From Bacteroidales bacterium (GTDB taxonomy: Bacteria > Bacteroidota > Bacteroidia > Bacteroidales > F082): a DNA stretch of 64,000 nucleotides. Under the pieces are notes generated by a model. It did not search any database, was not told where the DNA came from, and was given only the letters and a program-made list of their open reading frames with translations. The stretch is taken from positions 338-64,337 of the forward strand of contig JAKSNC010000005.1 of the NCBI GenBank assembly GCA_024400195.1, written 5' to 3'. Position numbers and translations under genes: made by a program. Below are positions 1 through 8,755 of this stretch, piece after piece (position 1 is the stretch's first letter; each line of letters opens with the position of its first letter).

Positions 1-506
1 GCGGCTCAAAACAGAATGTAGTTAACAAAAACGGTGGCGAAGTCGAAATAGAATTGCCATGCACAGGTCCGGAATACAGAACCGATGCCACGCACTTCCG
101 TGCAACAGCCACAGACGTTTCGACAAACCGTCAGGTCGCAAGAGACAAGGCTCTTACAGCAGCCCGCGCCGAATTGGCTACCGAAATCAATACCACTATG
201 GCGCGTGTGACGGATCGTTATAATAGCTCTTATAACGTTGGTGAAGATGATGAAACACGCGGTAAATTCCAGGATTTGGCACGCCAACTCGTAAAACAGA
301 CATTGAGTGGTTCCGTCGTTACCTGCGAAAAACTCACACAAGACGCACAGGGAAGATACCATTCTTACGTCTGCGTCGAACTCAAAGGCGAAGACTTTGC
401 TAATAAACTGCAAAACGGCATCAGCAAAGACGATAAGCTCCGCACCGACTACGAATACGAGAAGTTCAAGAAAGTCTTCGACGAGGAGATGGCAAAAATG
501 GAATAA
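1..506 (+). CDS. LPP20-like lipoprotein, 5' end outside the window
   Basis: The frame is open from base 3 (GSKQNVVNKNGGEVEIELPCTG...), so the TTG at 54 in the ORF track is internal. The Ala-rich helix RQVARDKALTAARAELATEI resembles LPP20-type lipoproteins (family recalled from memory). Stop at 504-506. Confidence 0.45.
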   Translation, partial: GSKQNVVNKNGGEVEIELPCTGPEYRTDATHFRATATDVSTNRQVARDKALTAARAELATEINTTMARVTDRYNSSYNVGEDDETRGKFQDLARQLVKQTLSGSVVTCEKLTQDAQGRYHSYVCVELKGEDFANKLQNGISKDDKLRTDYEYEKFKKVFDEEMAKME

Positions 507-532
507 GGTATTTGCTTGAGGTCTAAACAAGT

Positions 533-1441
533 ATGCGCATAGTAACACTTGCTTTCTTGTTGTTGATTTGTCTTTCCGGATTGGGTCAAGATGCACTCAG
601 TCCGGAAAGGCTTTTTTTAGAACAATCTGCCTCAGACGGCCTTTTTGTCGGAGTCTCAGATCCCGACGTCGATTCTGTCACGGGATATTGGCAGGCAGTG
701 ACACGTGCAGTGACGCTTTATGCCTACAGCCGAAATACTACGGCAAGCATAGTCTCTGATGCCTATGTTAACGAAAACAACCTGTTTGGAGATATTCGTT
801 ACGAACACGTTATGAGAGGTATAGCGGTCTTTGAGACGGAATGTACAAATGTCAGCTATACCGTTGAAAGTGTCTCCGAAACACGGCAGGGCGAAAAAAT
901 TGTGGCTCTTAGAGTCTCCGAAGACCTTTTCGGCCTTATCTTTACTTCGACATATAAAAATTATTTCAACGCCGTTTCCTATGAGAATTATGATGCCATC
1001 GACGGTAAAAGTGAATTTATTGTGCAACTTGATTCCTGTACGACGAATTACGAACTCAGTCGCTACGATGGTATGTGCGTCCACCGTTCTTTCTTCCGCG
1101 ATTCCATCGTCAGTGCCGAACAGAACGGGAAAATCTATGATGAAATATCATGTGACGATTGCCCGGAAACGGATCTTTTTAATTCATACAGCCTCGAAAA
1201 CGGTCTCTGGCAGGCTTTCGTGATGTCTTTTGAAATATTGTCGTCGAAGATTCAAGAACTGGGATGCAGCGTAAAAAGCATCAAAGATAAAGATAATGTT
1301 GATGTGCACGGTGATGGTACTTCTGAAGGGGAAGGCTTGATACGAAGCGTTACAAGACATCATATCTCAGCCGTACCTGAATATATGTGTATCCAAGATA
1401 ATAAACTTGTGGTGAATTGGAAAGTAAACAAACTCGAATAA
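533..1441 (+). CDS. secreted hypothetical protein
   Basis: ATG 27 nt after the previous stop. N-terminal signal peptide MRIVTLAFLLLICLSGLGQ. No motif I can name. Confidence 0.55.
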   Translation: MRIVTLAFLLLICLSGLGQDALSPERLFLEQSASDGLFVGVSDPDVDSVTGYWQAVTRAVTLYAYSRNTTASIVSDAYVNENNLFGDIRYEHVMRGIAVFETECTNVSYTVESVSETRQGEKIVALRVSEDLFGLIFTSTYKNYFNAVSYENYDAIDGKSEFIVQLDSCTTNYELSRYDGMCVHRSFFRDSIVSAEQNGKIYDEISCDDCPETDLFNSYSLENGLWQAFVMSFEILSSKIQELGCSVKSIKDKDNVDVHGDGTSEGEGLIRSVTRHHISAVPEYMCIQDNKLVVNWKVNKLE

Positions 1442-1488
1442 TTAACCGTTTGTTGAAAATTCATTACGTTAAGGCGATATTGGTGATT

Positions 1489-2970
1489 ATGATAAAAAAA
1501 ACAATACTTGTGCTCGTTATGGCGATGACCGTCACTTCGGTTTTCGCTCAAGTTGACGACGAATTTATTAAGGAGAGGGAGCGGATGATGCGTGAATCGG
1601 AACGCGAATTTGAAAAATTCAGCGAAAGCATAAAAACGGACTTTGAAAACTTCCGTCGTTCCGTTAATGCCGAATATGCGCGTTTTATGTCAGAGACATG
1701 GAAGGAGTTTCAGACGATGACAGCCGAAGAACCACCGGCGGAACCTGAACCGCCGGAGCCCGTCGTCGCAGACCCGAAAGAGAAGCCGACTACGGACCCG
1801 ATTAGGTTTGAGGGCAAGCCGATAGTCCCAGTCCCAATCGAAAGACCGAAACCGATTGAACCGATAAAGCCGGCTTCAAATCCCGTTGAGCCCTTGTACA
1901 ATGTTGCCATCTATGGTACGCAGTTTCCCTTCCATATTGATGAAACAAAACGTCTTACATTGTCATCGGCAGATGAGAAAAGTGTCGCCGAACTTTGGAA
2001 CCAACTCTCCAATGAGTACTATGACAACCTCGTGGCCGAATGCTTAAGCCACCGCGATGATTCTAACTTGTGCGATTGGGCATATCTCCGCCTCACAGAA
2101 GCACTGTCGGAAAAATGCTGCGGCGGAAAAAACAACGCCGCCGTTGTCCTCCAAATGTTCATACTAACACAGTCAGGTTATCAGACCCGTATAGCCAACG
2201 CCTCCGGACATCTTGTACTGCTTATGGGTTCCGAAGATGTGATATATAAATATAAGTTCTTCACTTTGGAGAACGTTAGATTTTATATCATTGACCGTTC
2301 TTTGGAAAACGAGACGATGTACATCTTTAACCACGCTTTTCCGAATGAAAGACCGATGTCGCTCGTACTCGGACAACCCGAATTAAATGTTGTGCCGACG
2401 ACACCTCGTACACTTCAGTCAAAACGATACCCAAATGTGCAGGTCACGGTGTGCAGCAATAAAAACCTCTTGGACTTTTACAATGATTATCCGTTGAGCA
2501 GCCGTTGGGACAGCTATACCGTTGCTTCAGCATCATCGACATTGAAAGAAAGCCTTTATCCGACGATGAAAAAAGTCATCGAGGGTAAAAGTCAAGCCGA
2601 GGCCGCCAATATCTTCATCAACTTCGTGCAGACGGCCTACGAATACGCAACCGACGACAAACAGTTCGGTTACGAAAGACCATTGTTCCCTGATGAAACA
2701 GCGTTTTATCCCTATTGCGACTGCGAAGACCGCTCAATCTTCTTCGCAATGCTTGTGCGTGAACTGATGGGGCTCGATGTCGTACTGCTGCATTACCCAG
2801 GGCATCTTGCTACAGCCGTTAACTTCACCGAAGACGTCTCCGGCGACTACCTCATCGTTAACGGCAAAAAATATATCGTCTGCGACCCGACATACATCAA
2901 TGCCAATATAGGTTGCTGTATGCCTGATTATAAGACCGTTAGCCCCGAAGTCGTCACGATTGCGAGATGA
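1489..2970 (+). CDS. secreted protein with transglutaminase-like Cys-His-Asp core
   Basis: The ATG at 1489 gives signal peptide MIKKTILVLVMAMTVTSVFAQ; the track start at 1417 is a TTG. Pro/Glu-rich linker (EEPPAEPEPPEPVVADPKEKP). The C-terminal pattern CDCEDRSIFFAMLVRELMG...PGHLATAV...IVCDPT matches the spacing of transglutaminase-like cysteine protease cores. Confidence 0.55.
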   Translation: MIKKTILVLVMAMTVTSVFAQVDDEFIKERERMMRESEREFEKFSESIKTDFENFRRSVNAEYARFMSETWKEFQTMTAEEPPAEPEPPEPVVADPKEKPTTDPIRFEGKPIVPVPIERPKPIEPIKPASNPVEPLYNVAIYGTQFPFHIDETKRLTLSSADEKSVAELWNQLSNEYYDNLVAECLSHRDDSNLCDWAYLRLTEALSEKCCGGKNNAAVVLQMFILTQSGYQTRIANASGHLVLLMGSEDVIYKYKFFTLENVRFYIIDRSLENETMYIFNHAFPNERPMSLVLGQPELNVVPTTPRTLQSKRYPNVQVTVCSNKNLLDFYNDYPLSSRWDSYTVASASSTLKESLYPTMKKVIEGKSQAEAANIFINFVQTAYEYATDDKQFGYERPLFPDETAFYPYCDCEDRSIFFAMLVRELMGLDVVLLHYPGHLATAVNFTEDVSGDYLIVNGKKYIVCDPTYINANIGCCMPDYKTVSPEVVTIAR

Positions 2971-3031
2971 TTTTTACGACATTATACGTGTCGGCAAAGT
3001 CCGAAAATTATTGGTAAATGTCGTTTTTCCA

Positions 3032-3039
3032 TATCTTTG
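3032..3039 (+). promoter_or_regulatory. Bacteroidota sigma-A -7 box (TAnnTTTG)
   Basis: TATCTTTG 16 nt upstream of the ATG at 3056. Supports that start over the track start at 2960. Confidence 0.5.
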
Positions 3040-3055
3040 CGTAAAAATCATTGTG

Positions 3056-4744
3056 ATGAGGAAGAAAATAATTCTCGTTTCGGTAGTTGTCGCGATAATC
3101 GCCTTGCTATTCATTCCGAATACAGTCGCAGGGCCGATGCCGCTTTGGCTTTCGATAATGCCGCCACTGATTGCAATCGTCATGGCTCTGCTTCTTAAAG
3201 AAGTCCTTTCGTCGCTGTTTCTCGGCATTCTGTCCGGCACTTTCATTATGGCTCTTTATGCAGGAAACAGTCCGACTGAATCATTGTTAGGCGGTGTGCT
3301 GAGAGTCGCCGATACCTATATGGCCGGCTCGCTGTTCGATGCCGACCACGTCAAAATCATCATCTTTACCGTTTTTATCGGCGGGGTGGTGAGGGTTATC
3401 ACCGTGAACGGGGGAATGAAGTCCGTCGTGAACTGGCTCGCAAAAAGGGCAAAGACATCGCGCTCGGCACAATTGATGACTTTCCTGATGGACCTCTGCA
3501 TCTTTTTCGATGACTATTCAAACACACTCGTCGTCGGTAATACGATGCGTCCGGTGACCGACAAAATGCGTGTCTCGCGCGAGAAACTTTCCTATATCGT
3601 CGATTCAACATCGGCCCCCGTCGTGTCTATAGCCTTCGTGACAACATGGATCGGTGCGGAACTGAGTTACATACAGCAGGGTATCGATACAATAGGCCTC
3701 GATACTTCGGCCTACTCGGTCTTTTTCAACTCTTTGGCGTATAGTTTTTATCCGATACTTACACTCGCCTTTGTCCTGATGATTGTCTTTTTCAGGCGTG
3801 ATTACGGCCCGATGTTTAAAGCCGAAGTCGCCGCACGTAAATCTATGGAAATCAATATAGAAAACGATAAGGCGGACGACGATTCTCACGGTCATATTTT
3901 AGATGCCTTCCTGCCTTTGCTCATACTTGTTTTAGGTACAATCGCAGGTTTGATGTATATCGGCTTTGATGCCGCCGTCTGGTCCGACCACAATATGTCG
4001 TTTTTCTCAAAAATATCGGCAACGATAGGCAATTCCAACTCGTATCTTGCCTTGATATGGTCGTCGCTCATCTCGCTTCTTACGGCCATCTTCATAACTA
4101 TGTTGCGCGGAAAGATAAAATTCGTGAAACTGATGGAGGAAGTCGTCGAAGGATTCAAATCGATGTTCAATGCCATCGTTATTCTTACAATGGCATGGTC
4201 TATTGCGTTGATAACCAAAGATATGCACACGGCAGAGTTTGTGTCGCAGATTCTTCTCGATATGTCGCTGTCGCCAGTTGTCGTTCCAATATTCACTTTC
4301 GTTATCGCTTGTCTGATAGGCTTCTCCACCGGTACTTCGTGGGGCACGATGGCGATATTGTATCCTCTGATTCTTCCGGCTTCGTGGATGCTGTGCCAAA
4401 AAGAAGGCCTTTCAACAGCCGATAGCATGCCGCTGTTTTATAATGTCGTGGCTTCTGTGATGGCCGGTGCCGTTATGGGCGACCATTGTTCGCCGATTTC
4501 GGATACGACAATCATGAGTTCGCTTGCCAGCGGCTGCGACCATCTGAGGCACGTCGCGACACAGTTTCCGTACGCGCTGACCGTCGGCATCGTCGCACTT
4601 CTGTCAGGCATCATTCCGACGGCCTTTGGGGTTCCTTCATGGCTCGCCTTCCTCGCATCGTTCGTCATTTTGGCACTGATAGTGCGTTTCATCGGAAAGA
4701 AAGTTCCTGATTATAACGGAGTTAAAAAGAATATCGAAATATGA
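3056..4744 (+). CDS. nhaC: Na+/H+ antiporter NhaC family membrane protein
   Basis: Polytopic membrane protein. The segment LMDLCIFFDDYSNTLVVGNTMRPVTDKMRVSREKLSYIVDSTSAPV is typical of the NhaC C-terminal domain family. Confidence 0.75.
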   Translation: MRKKIILVSVVVAIIALLFIPNTVAGPMPLWLSIMPPLIAIVMALLLKEVLSSLFLGILSGTFIMALYAGNSPTESLLGGVLRVADTYMAGSLFDADHVKIIIFTVFIGGVVRVITVNGGMKSVVNWLAKRAKTSRSAQLMTFLMDLCIFFDDYSNTLVVGNTMRPVTDKMRVSREKLSYIVDSTSAPVVSIAFVTTWIGAELSYIQQGIDTIGLDTSAYSVFFNSLAYSFYPILTLAFVLMIVFFRRDYGPMFKAEVAARKSMEINIENDKADDDSHGHILDAFLPLLILVLGTIAGLMYIGFDAAVWSDHNMSFFSKISATIGNSNSYLALIWSSLISLLTAIFITMLRGKIKFVKLMEEVVEGFKSMFNAIVILTMAWSIALITKDMHTAEFVSQILLDMSLSPVVVPIFTFVIACLIGFSTGTSWGTMAILYPLILPASWMLCQKEGLSTADSMPLFYNVVASVMAGAVMGDHCSPISDTTIMSSLASGCDHLRHVATQFPYALTVGIVALLSGIIPTAFGVPSWLAFLASFVILALIVRFIGKKVPDYNGVKKNIEI

Positions 4745-5619
4745 CTATCAACAACGGAATCATTAAAATCGACGTCGCGGAGCACGGTGCTGAGCTTCAA
4801 AGCCTGATGATGAATAATTATGAATATCTTTGGAATGCTAATCCTAACTTTTGGGCGCGACATGCACCAATTCTTTTTCCCATCGTCGGAAGAGTTTGGA
4901 ATAATGTTGTGAGTGTTGATAATGAGCAATATAGCCTTTCTCAGCATGGCTTTGCCCGCGATATGGACTTCACCGTCATCGGCAAAGGCGATACGAGTCT
5001 TTTTCTTCAGCTTGTCTCTAATGAGACGACTTTGCAGAAATTTCCGTATCATTTCGAACTCAATGTTTCTTATCATCTCAACAAAAACAAGGTCTATGTC
5101 ACGTACGAAGTTGTCAATACAGGTGTCGATACGATGTTTTTCCAAATAGGGGCGCATCCGGGATTTTTTCTGCCAAGGCACGGCAAATCTGCTGATAACA
5201 AATTCGTCCTTTTTTCTGATGATGAAGGATTAAAACCTGTTGATAATGTGATGATTTCTTCTATCGGTGAAAAAGGCTGTCTTTCTTTGGAAAAGAAAAA
5301 TCTTCGTCTTGATGCCGGCGTTGTCGCAATAACTCCCGAACTTTTTAATCACGATGCGTTGATTTTTGAAGACTCGCAGGTTCGTCGCGTCACTATAAAA
5401 GATGCTGATAATAAGGATTATATCTCGGTCGTTTTTGATGCTCCCGTTTTGGGTTTGTGGTCTCCGAACGGCAAAAACGCGCCTTTTGTGTGCATAGAGC
5501 CGTGGTATGGACGCTGCGACAGAGAAAACTTCACGGGCGATATATCTGATAAAGAATGGATTAACAGACTTGACGCCGGTAAAAACTTTGTGATGGAGTT
5601 CTGTATCGTGATGCACTGA
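4741..5619 (+). CDS. aldose 1-epimerase family protein
   Basis: HGAELQSL, ILFPIVGRV, LSQHGFARD and IGAHPGF motifs of the mutarotase-like fold. Its ATGA start overlaps the nhaC stop. Confidence 0.75.
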   Translation: MTINNGIIKIDVAEHGAELQSLMMNNYEYLWNANPNFWARHAPILFPIVGRVWNNVVSVDNEQYSLSQHGFARDMDFTVIGKGDTSLFLQLVSNETTLQKFPYHFELNVSYHLNKNKVYVTYEVVNTGVDTMFFQIGAHPGFFLPRHGKSADNKFVLFSDDEGLKPVDNVMISSIGEKGCLSLEKKNLRLDAGVVAITPELFNHDALIFEDSQVRRVTIKDADNKDYISVVFDAPVLGLWSPNGKNAPFVCIEPWYGRCDRENFTGDISDKEWINRLDAGKNFVMEFCIVMH

Positions 5620-5647
5620 AGCATCAAAATCGCCTGATTTTATAAAT

Positions 5648-5854
5648 TTGACGATTCGACTGATTCGACGGTTTGACTGATTGACGATTAGATTTTTTGA
5701 CCTTAAGCTTTAAATGGTTCAAAGGGTTAGGAAAGGTTTGAAGGGTTCAAAAAGTTCGAAAGGTTAAAAAAGGTTCAAAAGGTCAAATTGTCAAAATGTC
5801 AAAATGTCAAATTGTCAAAAAGTCAAAAAGTCAAGAAAGTCAAAGGGTCAAACC
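5648..5854 (+). repeat. modular intergenic repeat, diverged copy
   Basis: TGACGATT-type units at 5648-5691. Diverged core TTTTTTGACCTTAAGC...GGTTCAAAGGGTTA at about 5694-5730. GGTTCAAA-type units at 5716-5780. About nine GTCAAAnn 8-mers at 5781-5854. Confidence 0.9.
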
Positions 5855-5970
5855 TTTTTTCCACCTTATCGTTATTTTTCCTATCTTCGCAACTCGAAAA
5901 ACGTAAAAACGGGATAAAATTCCACTTTGGACAAGAAGTTGCGCCCGACACGGATTAAGGGTTTTGAAAG

Positions 5971-6792
5971 ATGAAAAAGACAATCAGATTATTCACCACA
6001 TTGATGGTGTGCATGGCGATGGTGCTGTGCGTGTCGTGCGGCGGTGGGACAGGCAACAAGACCTTCACGGTTAACGGCGTCTCCTTCGAGATGATTGCCG
6101 TAGATGGCGGCACGTTCACGATGGGCGGAACCTCTGAGCAGGGGAGCGATGCCGAAAGTGATGAGACAACTCACAGCGTGACCTTGGGCGACTACTACAT
6201 AGGTAAGTTCGAGGTGACGCAGGAGCTTTGGGAGGCGGTGATGGGGAGCAACCCGAGTTATTTCAAGGGGAGCAACCTTCCTGTGGAGCAGGTGAGCTGG
6301 GACGACTGCCAGACGTTCATAAGGAAGCTGAACAGCCTGACGGGGGCGAACTTCCGTCTGCCTACTGAGGCTGAATGGGAGTACGCGGCGAGAGGCGGAA
6401 ACAGGAGCAAAGGGTACAAGTACAGCGGGAGCAACAACATAAGCGATGTGGCGTGGTTTTGGGAAAACAGCGGTGACAGGGTGTTGTCTGGTGTATGGGA
6501 TTATGATGAGATTAAAAACAACAATTGCAGAACCCATTCTGTTGGTACGAAGTCGCCGAACGAGCTGGGGATCTACGACATGAGCGGCAACGTATGGGAG
6601 TGGTGTCAGGACTGGTACGGGAGTTATAGCAGCGGTTCTCAGACCAACCCTCAGGGGCCGTCGTCGGCCTCTAACCGCGTGATTCGTGGCGGTAGCTGGT
6701 ACAACGACGCGGGGAGCTGCCGTGTGTCGTACCGTGACTACTTCACGCCCGACGACCGGGACAACGATTTGGGCCTGCGTCTGGCCCTATAA
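5971..6792 (+). CDS. formylglycine-generating-enzyme (FGE/SUMF1) family lipoprotein
   Basis: Lipoprotein signal MVLCVSCGGG. Motifs GGTFTMGG, RLPTEAEWEYAARGG, MSGNVWEWCQDWY and RGGSW. Sampled 60-nt lines are 57-60 percent G+C versus 47-52 percent in flanking genes (hand counts). Confidence 0.85.
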   Translation: MKKTIRLFTTLMVCMAMVLCVSCGGGTGNKTFTVNGVSFEMIAVDGGTFTMGGTSEQGSDAESDETTHSVTLGDYYIGKFEVTQELWEAVMGSNPSYFKGSNLPVEQVSWDDCQTFIRKLNSLTGANFRLPTEAEWEYAARGGNRSKGYKYSGSNNISDVAWFWENSGDRVLSGVWDYDEIKNNNCRTHSVGTKSPNELGIYDMSGNVWEWCQDWYGSYSSGSQTNPQGPSSASNRVIRGGSWYNDAGSCRVSYRDYFTPDDRDNDLGLRLAL

Positions 6793-6832
6793 TTCTTGAA
6801 ATTGCGACAAGAGACAGTGATAGAAACAGCAG

Positions 6833-6894
6833 TGTGGTGCGAAGTGCGAGAGGCACGCCAAGAAAAAGGCGTGCCGAAAACAGTTCGCACCACA
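6833..6894 (+). other. perfect bipartite hairpin (11 bp + 8 bp)
   Basis: TGTGGTGCGAA (6833-6843) pairs with TTCGCACCACA (6884-6894). Inside it, GGCACGCC (6852-6859) pairs with GGCGTGCC (6868-6875), with loop AAGAAAAA. Confidence 0.8.
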
Positions 6895-6938
6895 TTGGAG
6901 AGAAAAAAGGAGAGTTTGCTCCACTCCGCTGTTAAAGT

Positions 6939-6977
6939 TGGAGCCGTGTGTTAGTAGGGGCTAACTCCACTTTTTTT
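6939..6977 (+). terminator. possible intrinsic terminator
   Basis: Weak stem TGGAG...CTCCA followed by a T7 run (6971-6977), downstream of the FGE-family gene. Confidence 0.3.
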
Positions 6978-7047
6978 ATATTACCAACTGCCGCGCCTCA
7001 TTGTGAGCGACCGCAGGGAGTCGAACAATCTTCACCGCAACAAGTTT

Positions 7048-7211
7048 AATTCGTAATGTGTAATTCGGAATGCGTAATGTTTTTTGACTTTAGACCGTTC
7101 AAAGGGTTTGAAAGGTTAAGAGAGGTCAAATTGTCAAAAAGTCAAAAACTCAAAATGTCAAAAAGTCAAAAAGTCAAAAAGTCAAACGGTCAAAAGCTCA
7201 CCGCTCACCGC
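7048..7211 (+). repeat. modular intergenic repeat with conserved core
   Basis: TTCGTAAT-type units at 7048-7079. Core AATGTTTTTTGACTTTAGACCGTTCAAAGGGTT at 7076-7109. GTCAAAAn 8-mers (about 8) then GCTCACC x2, running to the stop codon of the GT2 gene. Confidence 0.9.
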
Positions 7212-8147
7212 CTATATCTTTTCAGCAATGCCGTAAGTCTTCTTGTTCGGCGTGTTGCTCTGTATCAGCTCGGCGATGAATCCCGTGAAAAACGACTGCA
7301 CGCCGAGAATCATTGCGAGTATGGCGATATAGAAGAGTGGACGCGAGGTCATGCCGAAGACGGAATGTATGTATTTCTGATAGGTGAGCCACGCGGTGAT
7401 AATGAAGCCGATGAGGAACATCAGGGAGCCGAGGCCTCCGAAGAGGTGCATCGGGCGTTTGCCGAATTTCGATATGAACGAGATTGTCATCAAGTCGAGA
7501 TAGCCTCTAATGAAACGGCTCATCCCGAATTTCGATTCACCGTATTTCCTCTTCTGGTGATGAACGATTTTTTCCCCGATGTGCGTGAATCCGGCTGCGT
7601 TTGCCATAACCGGAATGTAGCGGTGCATTTCGCCGTAAACTTCGATGCTTTTGACGACCTCGTTGCGATAGGCCTTCAGTCCGCAGTTGAAGTCGTGCAG
7701 TTTTATTCCCGTCATCTTCCTCGTTGACCAGTTGTAGAATTTTGATGGGATGTTTTTCGCCAATTTCGAGTCGTAGCGTTTCTTTTTCCAGCCGGAGACG
7801 AGGTCGAATCCGTCTTCCTTTATCATTCTGAAGAGTTCCGGAATCTCGTCGGGGCTGTCCTGAAGGTCGGCGTCCATGGTTATCACGACATCGCCTTCGA
7901 CTATTTTGAAGGCTTCATTGAGGGCGGCCGATTTTCCGTAGTTGCGGCGGAACCGTATTCCCCTGATGTTCGCGTTTTCCTTCGCGAGGTTCTGTATGAT
8001 GTGCCACGAGCCGTCAGTGGAGCCGTCATCGACGAAGACTATCTGATAGGAGAATCCGTTTTCGTTCATCACGCGGCGGATCCAGGCCTCAAGTTCGGAA
8101 AGTGATTCTTCTTCGTTAAGCAGCGGTATTACGACGGAAATGTCCAT
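7212..8147 (-). CDS. family 2 glycosyltransferase, polyprenyl-phosphate sugar transferase type (GtrB/ArnC-like)
   Basis: VVIPLLNEEESL, VFVDDGSTDGS and ITMDADLQD motifs, plus two C-terminal TM helices. Confidence 0.8.
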   Translation of the reverse strand: MDISVVIPLLNEEESLSELEAWIRRVMNENGFSYQIVFVDDGSTDGSWHIIQNLAKENANIRGIRFRRNYGKSAALNEAFKIVEGDVVITMDADLQDSPDEIPELFRMIKEDGFDLVSGWKKKRYDSKLAKNIPSKFYNWSTRKMTGIKLHDFNCGLKAYRNEVVKSIEVYGEMHRYIPVMANAAGFTHIGEKIVHHQKRKYGESKFGMSRFIRGYLDLMTISFISKFGKRPMHLFGGLGSLMFLIGFIITAWLTYQKYIHSVFGMTSRPLFYIAILAMILGVQSFFTGFIAELIQSNTPNKKTYGIAEKI

Positions 8148-8165
8148 ATCAATGATTTTTTGCGT

Positions 8166-8636
8166 TTATCGCGATTCGCCGCCGTTCTTTCCGAATAGGG
8201 CCGTTATCGCGGAATATATTATTGTCAGAATAATGTTTTCAATTGTCATCGTCATCGCAATGAACCATGGCGAGAACATTTTTTTCATGTCTTCATTAAA
8301 AAAGGAAGAACGGTCTTCAAGTCCGAAATACCTGTATTCGGCATAGATAAAGAGTCCGAAAAGTATCGAAGCGAAGACGCCGGTAAGGATGCATAGCCGA
8401 AAGGCCTTGAAATAGCCGAAGCCGTCCCAGACGAAGCAGTGCTTGAAGATTATCAGAGTCATCGCGATGCAGATGAGCGGAATGATGTAGATTGTCGAAA
8501 ACAGAAACGATGACTTGACGTAGAGGAAGTAATACAAAAGGATATACGTCCCTGATTGAATAAGGGCGGTCGTAATCCCTCCGATGAGGACTGTCAGCGC
8601 GAACTGGCGTGTCGTATATGTAGGCTCGAAATCCAT
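8166..8636 (-). CDS. DUF4199-like small membrane protein
   Basis: Start taken at MDFEPTYTTRQF (ATG 8636-8634). The longer track ORF runs through the SRP RNA. Four hydrophobic helices. Sits upstream of and in the same orientation as the GT2 gene. Confidence 0.6.
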   Translation of the reverse strand: MDFEPTYTTRQFALTVLIGGITTALIQSGTYILLYYFLYVKSSFLFSTIYIIPLICIAMTLIIFKHCFVWDGFGYFKAFRLCILTGVFASILFGLFIYAEYRYFGLEDRSSFFNEDMKKMFSPWFIAMTMTIENIILTIIYSAITALFGKNGGESR

Positions 8637-8648
8637 CACGAAAAAAAA

Positions 8649-8743
8649 GGGTAAGCTACTTACATCGCACCGCTCAACCATCTGCCTTTGCTGCCTTCCG
8701 ACCCTGGAGGATTCGACAGGAGCTGGTCGTGTAAGACTTACCC
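8649..8743 (-). ncRNA. ffs: signal recognition particle RNA (small/4.5S type)
   Basis: The minus strand reads GGGUAAGUCUUACA...CCAGGGUCGGAAGGCAGCAAAGGCAGAUGG...UGUAAGUAGCUUACCC. This holds the conserved domain IV signature (GGAA tetraloop, AGCA loop, compare E. coli CAGGUCCGGAAGGAAGCAGCCAAGGCAGAUGA). The ends pair (GGGUAAG/CUUACCC) and a U8 run follows (8648-8641). Confidence 0.8.
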
Positions 8744-8747
8744 GCTG

Positions 8748-8755
8748 CAAAGTTA
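8748..8755 (-). promoter_or_regulatory. -7 box for SRP RNA
   Basis: TAACTTTG on the minus strand ends 4 nt before the first G of the terminal helix. Confidence 0.55.

Noticed and set aside
7003-7027. tRNA 3'-end-like string on the minus strand (GTTCGACTCCCTGCGGTCGCTCA), a possible att remnant.
   Set aside because: Only the T-loop-like GTTCGACTCC is convincing. No pairing partner, no flanking integrase and no matching tRNA are in the window. It does not complement the tRNA-Pro fragment at 56291-56352. Similarity this short can arise by chance.
7056-7727. 223-aa plus-strand ORF starting inside the GTCAAAA repeat array (KSQKLKMSKSQKVKKSNGQKL...).
   Set aside because: The N-terminus is simply the translated tandem repeat, and the rest is antisense to the well-supported GT2 gene.
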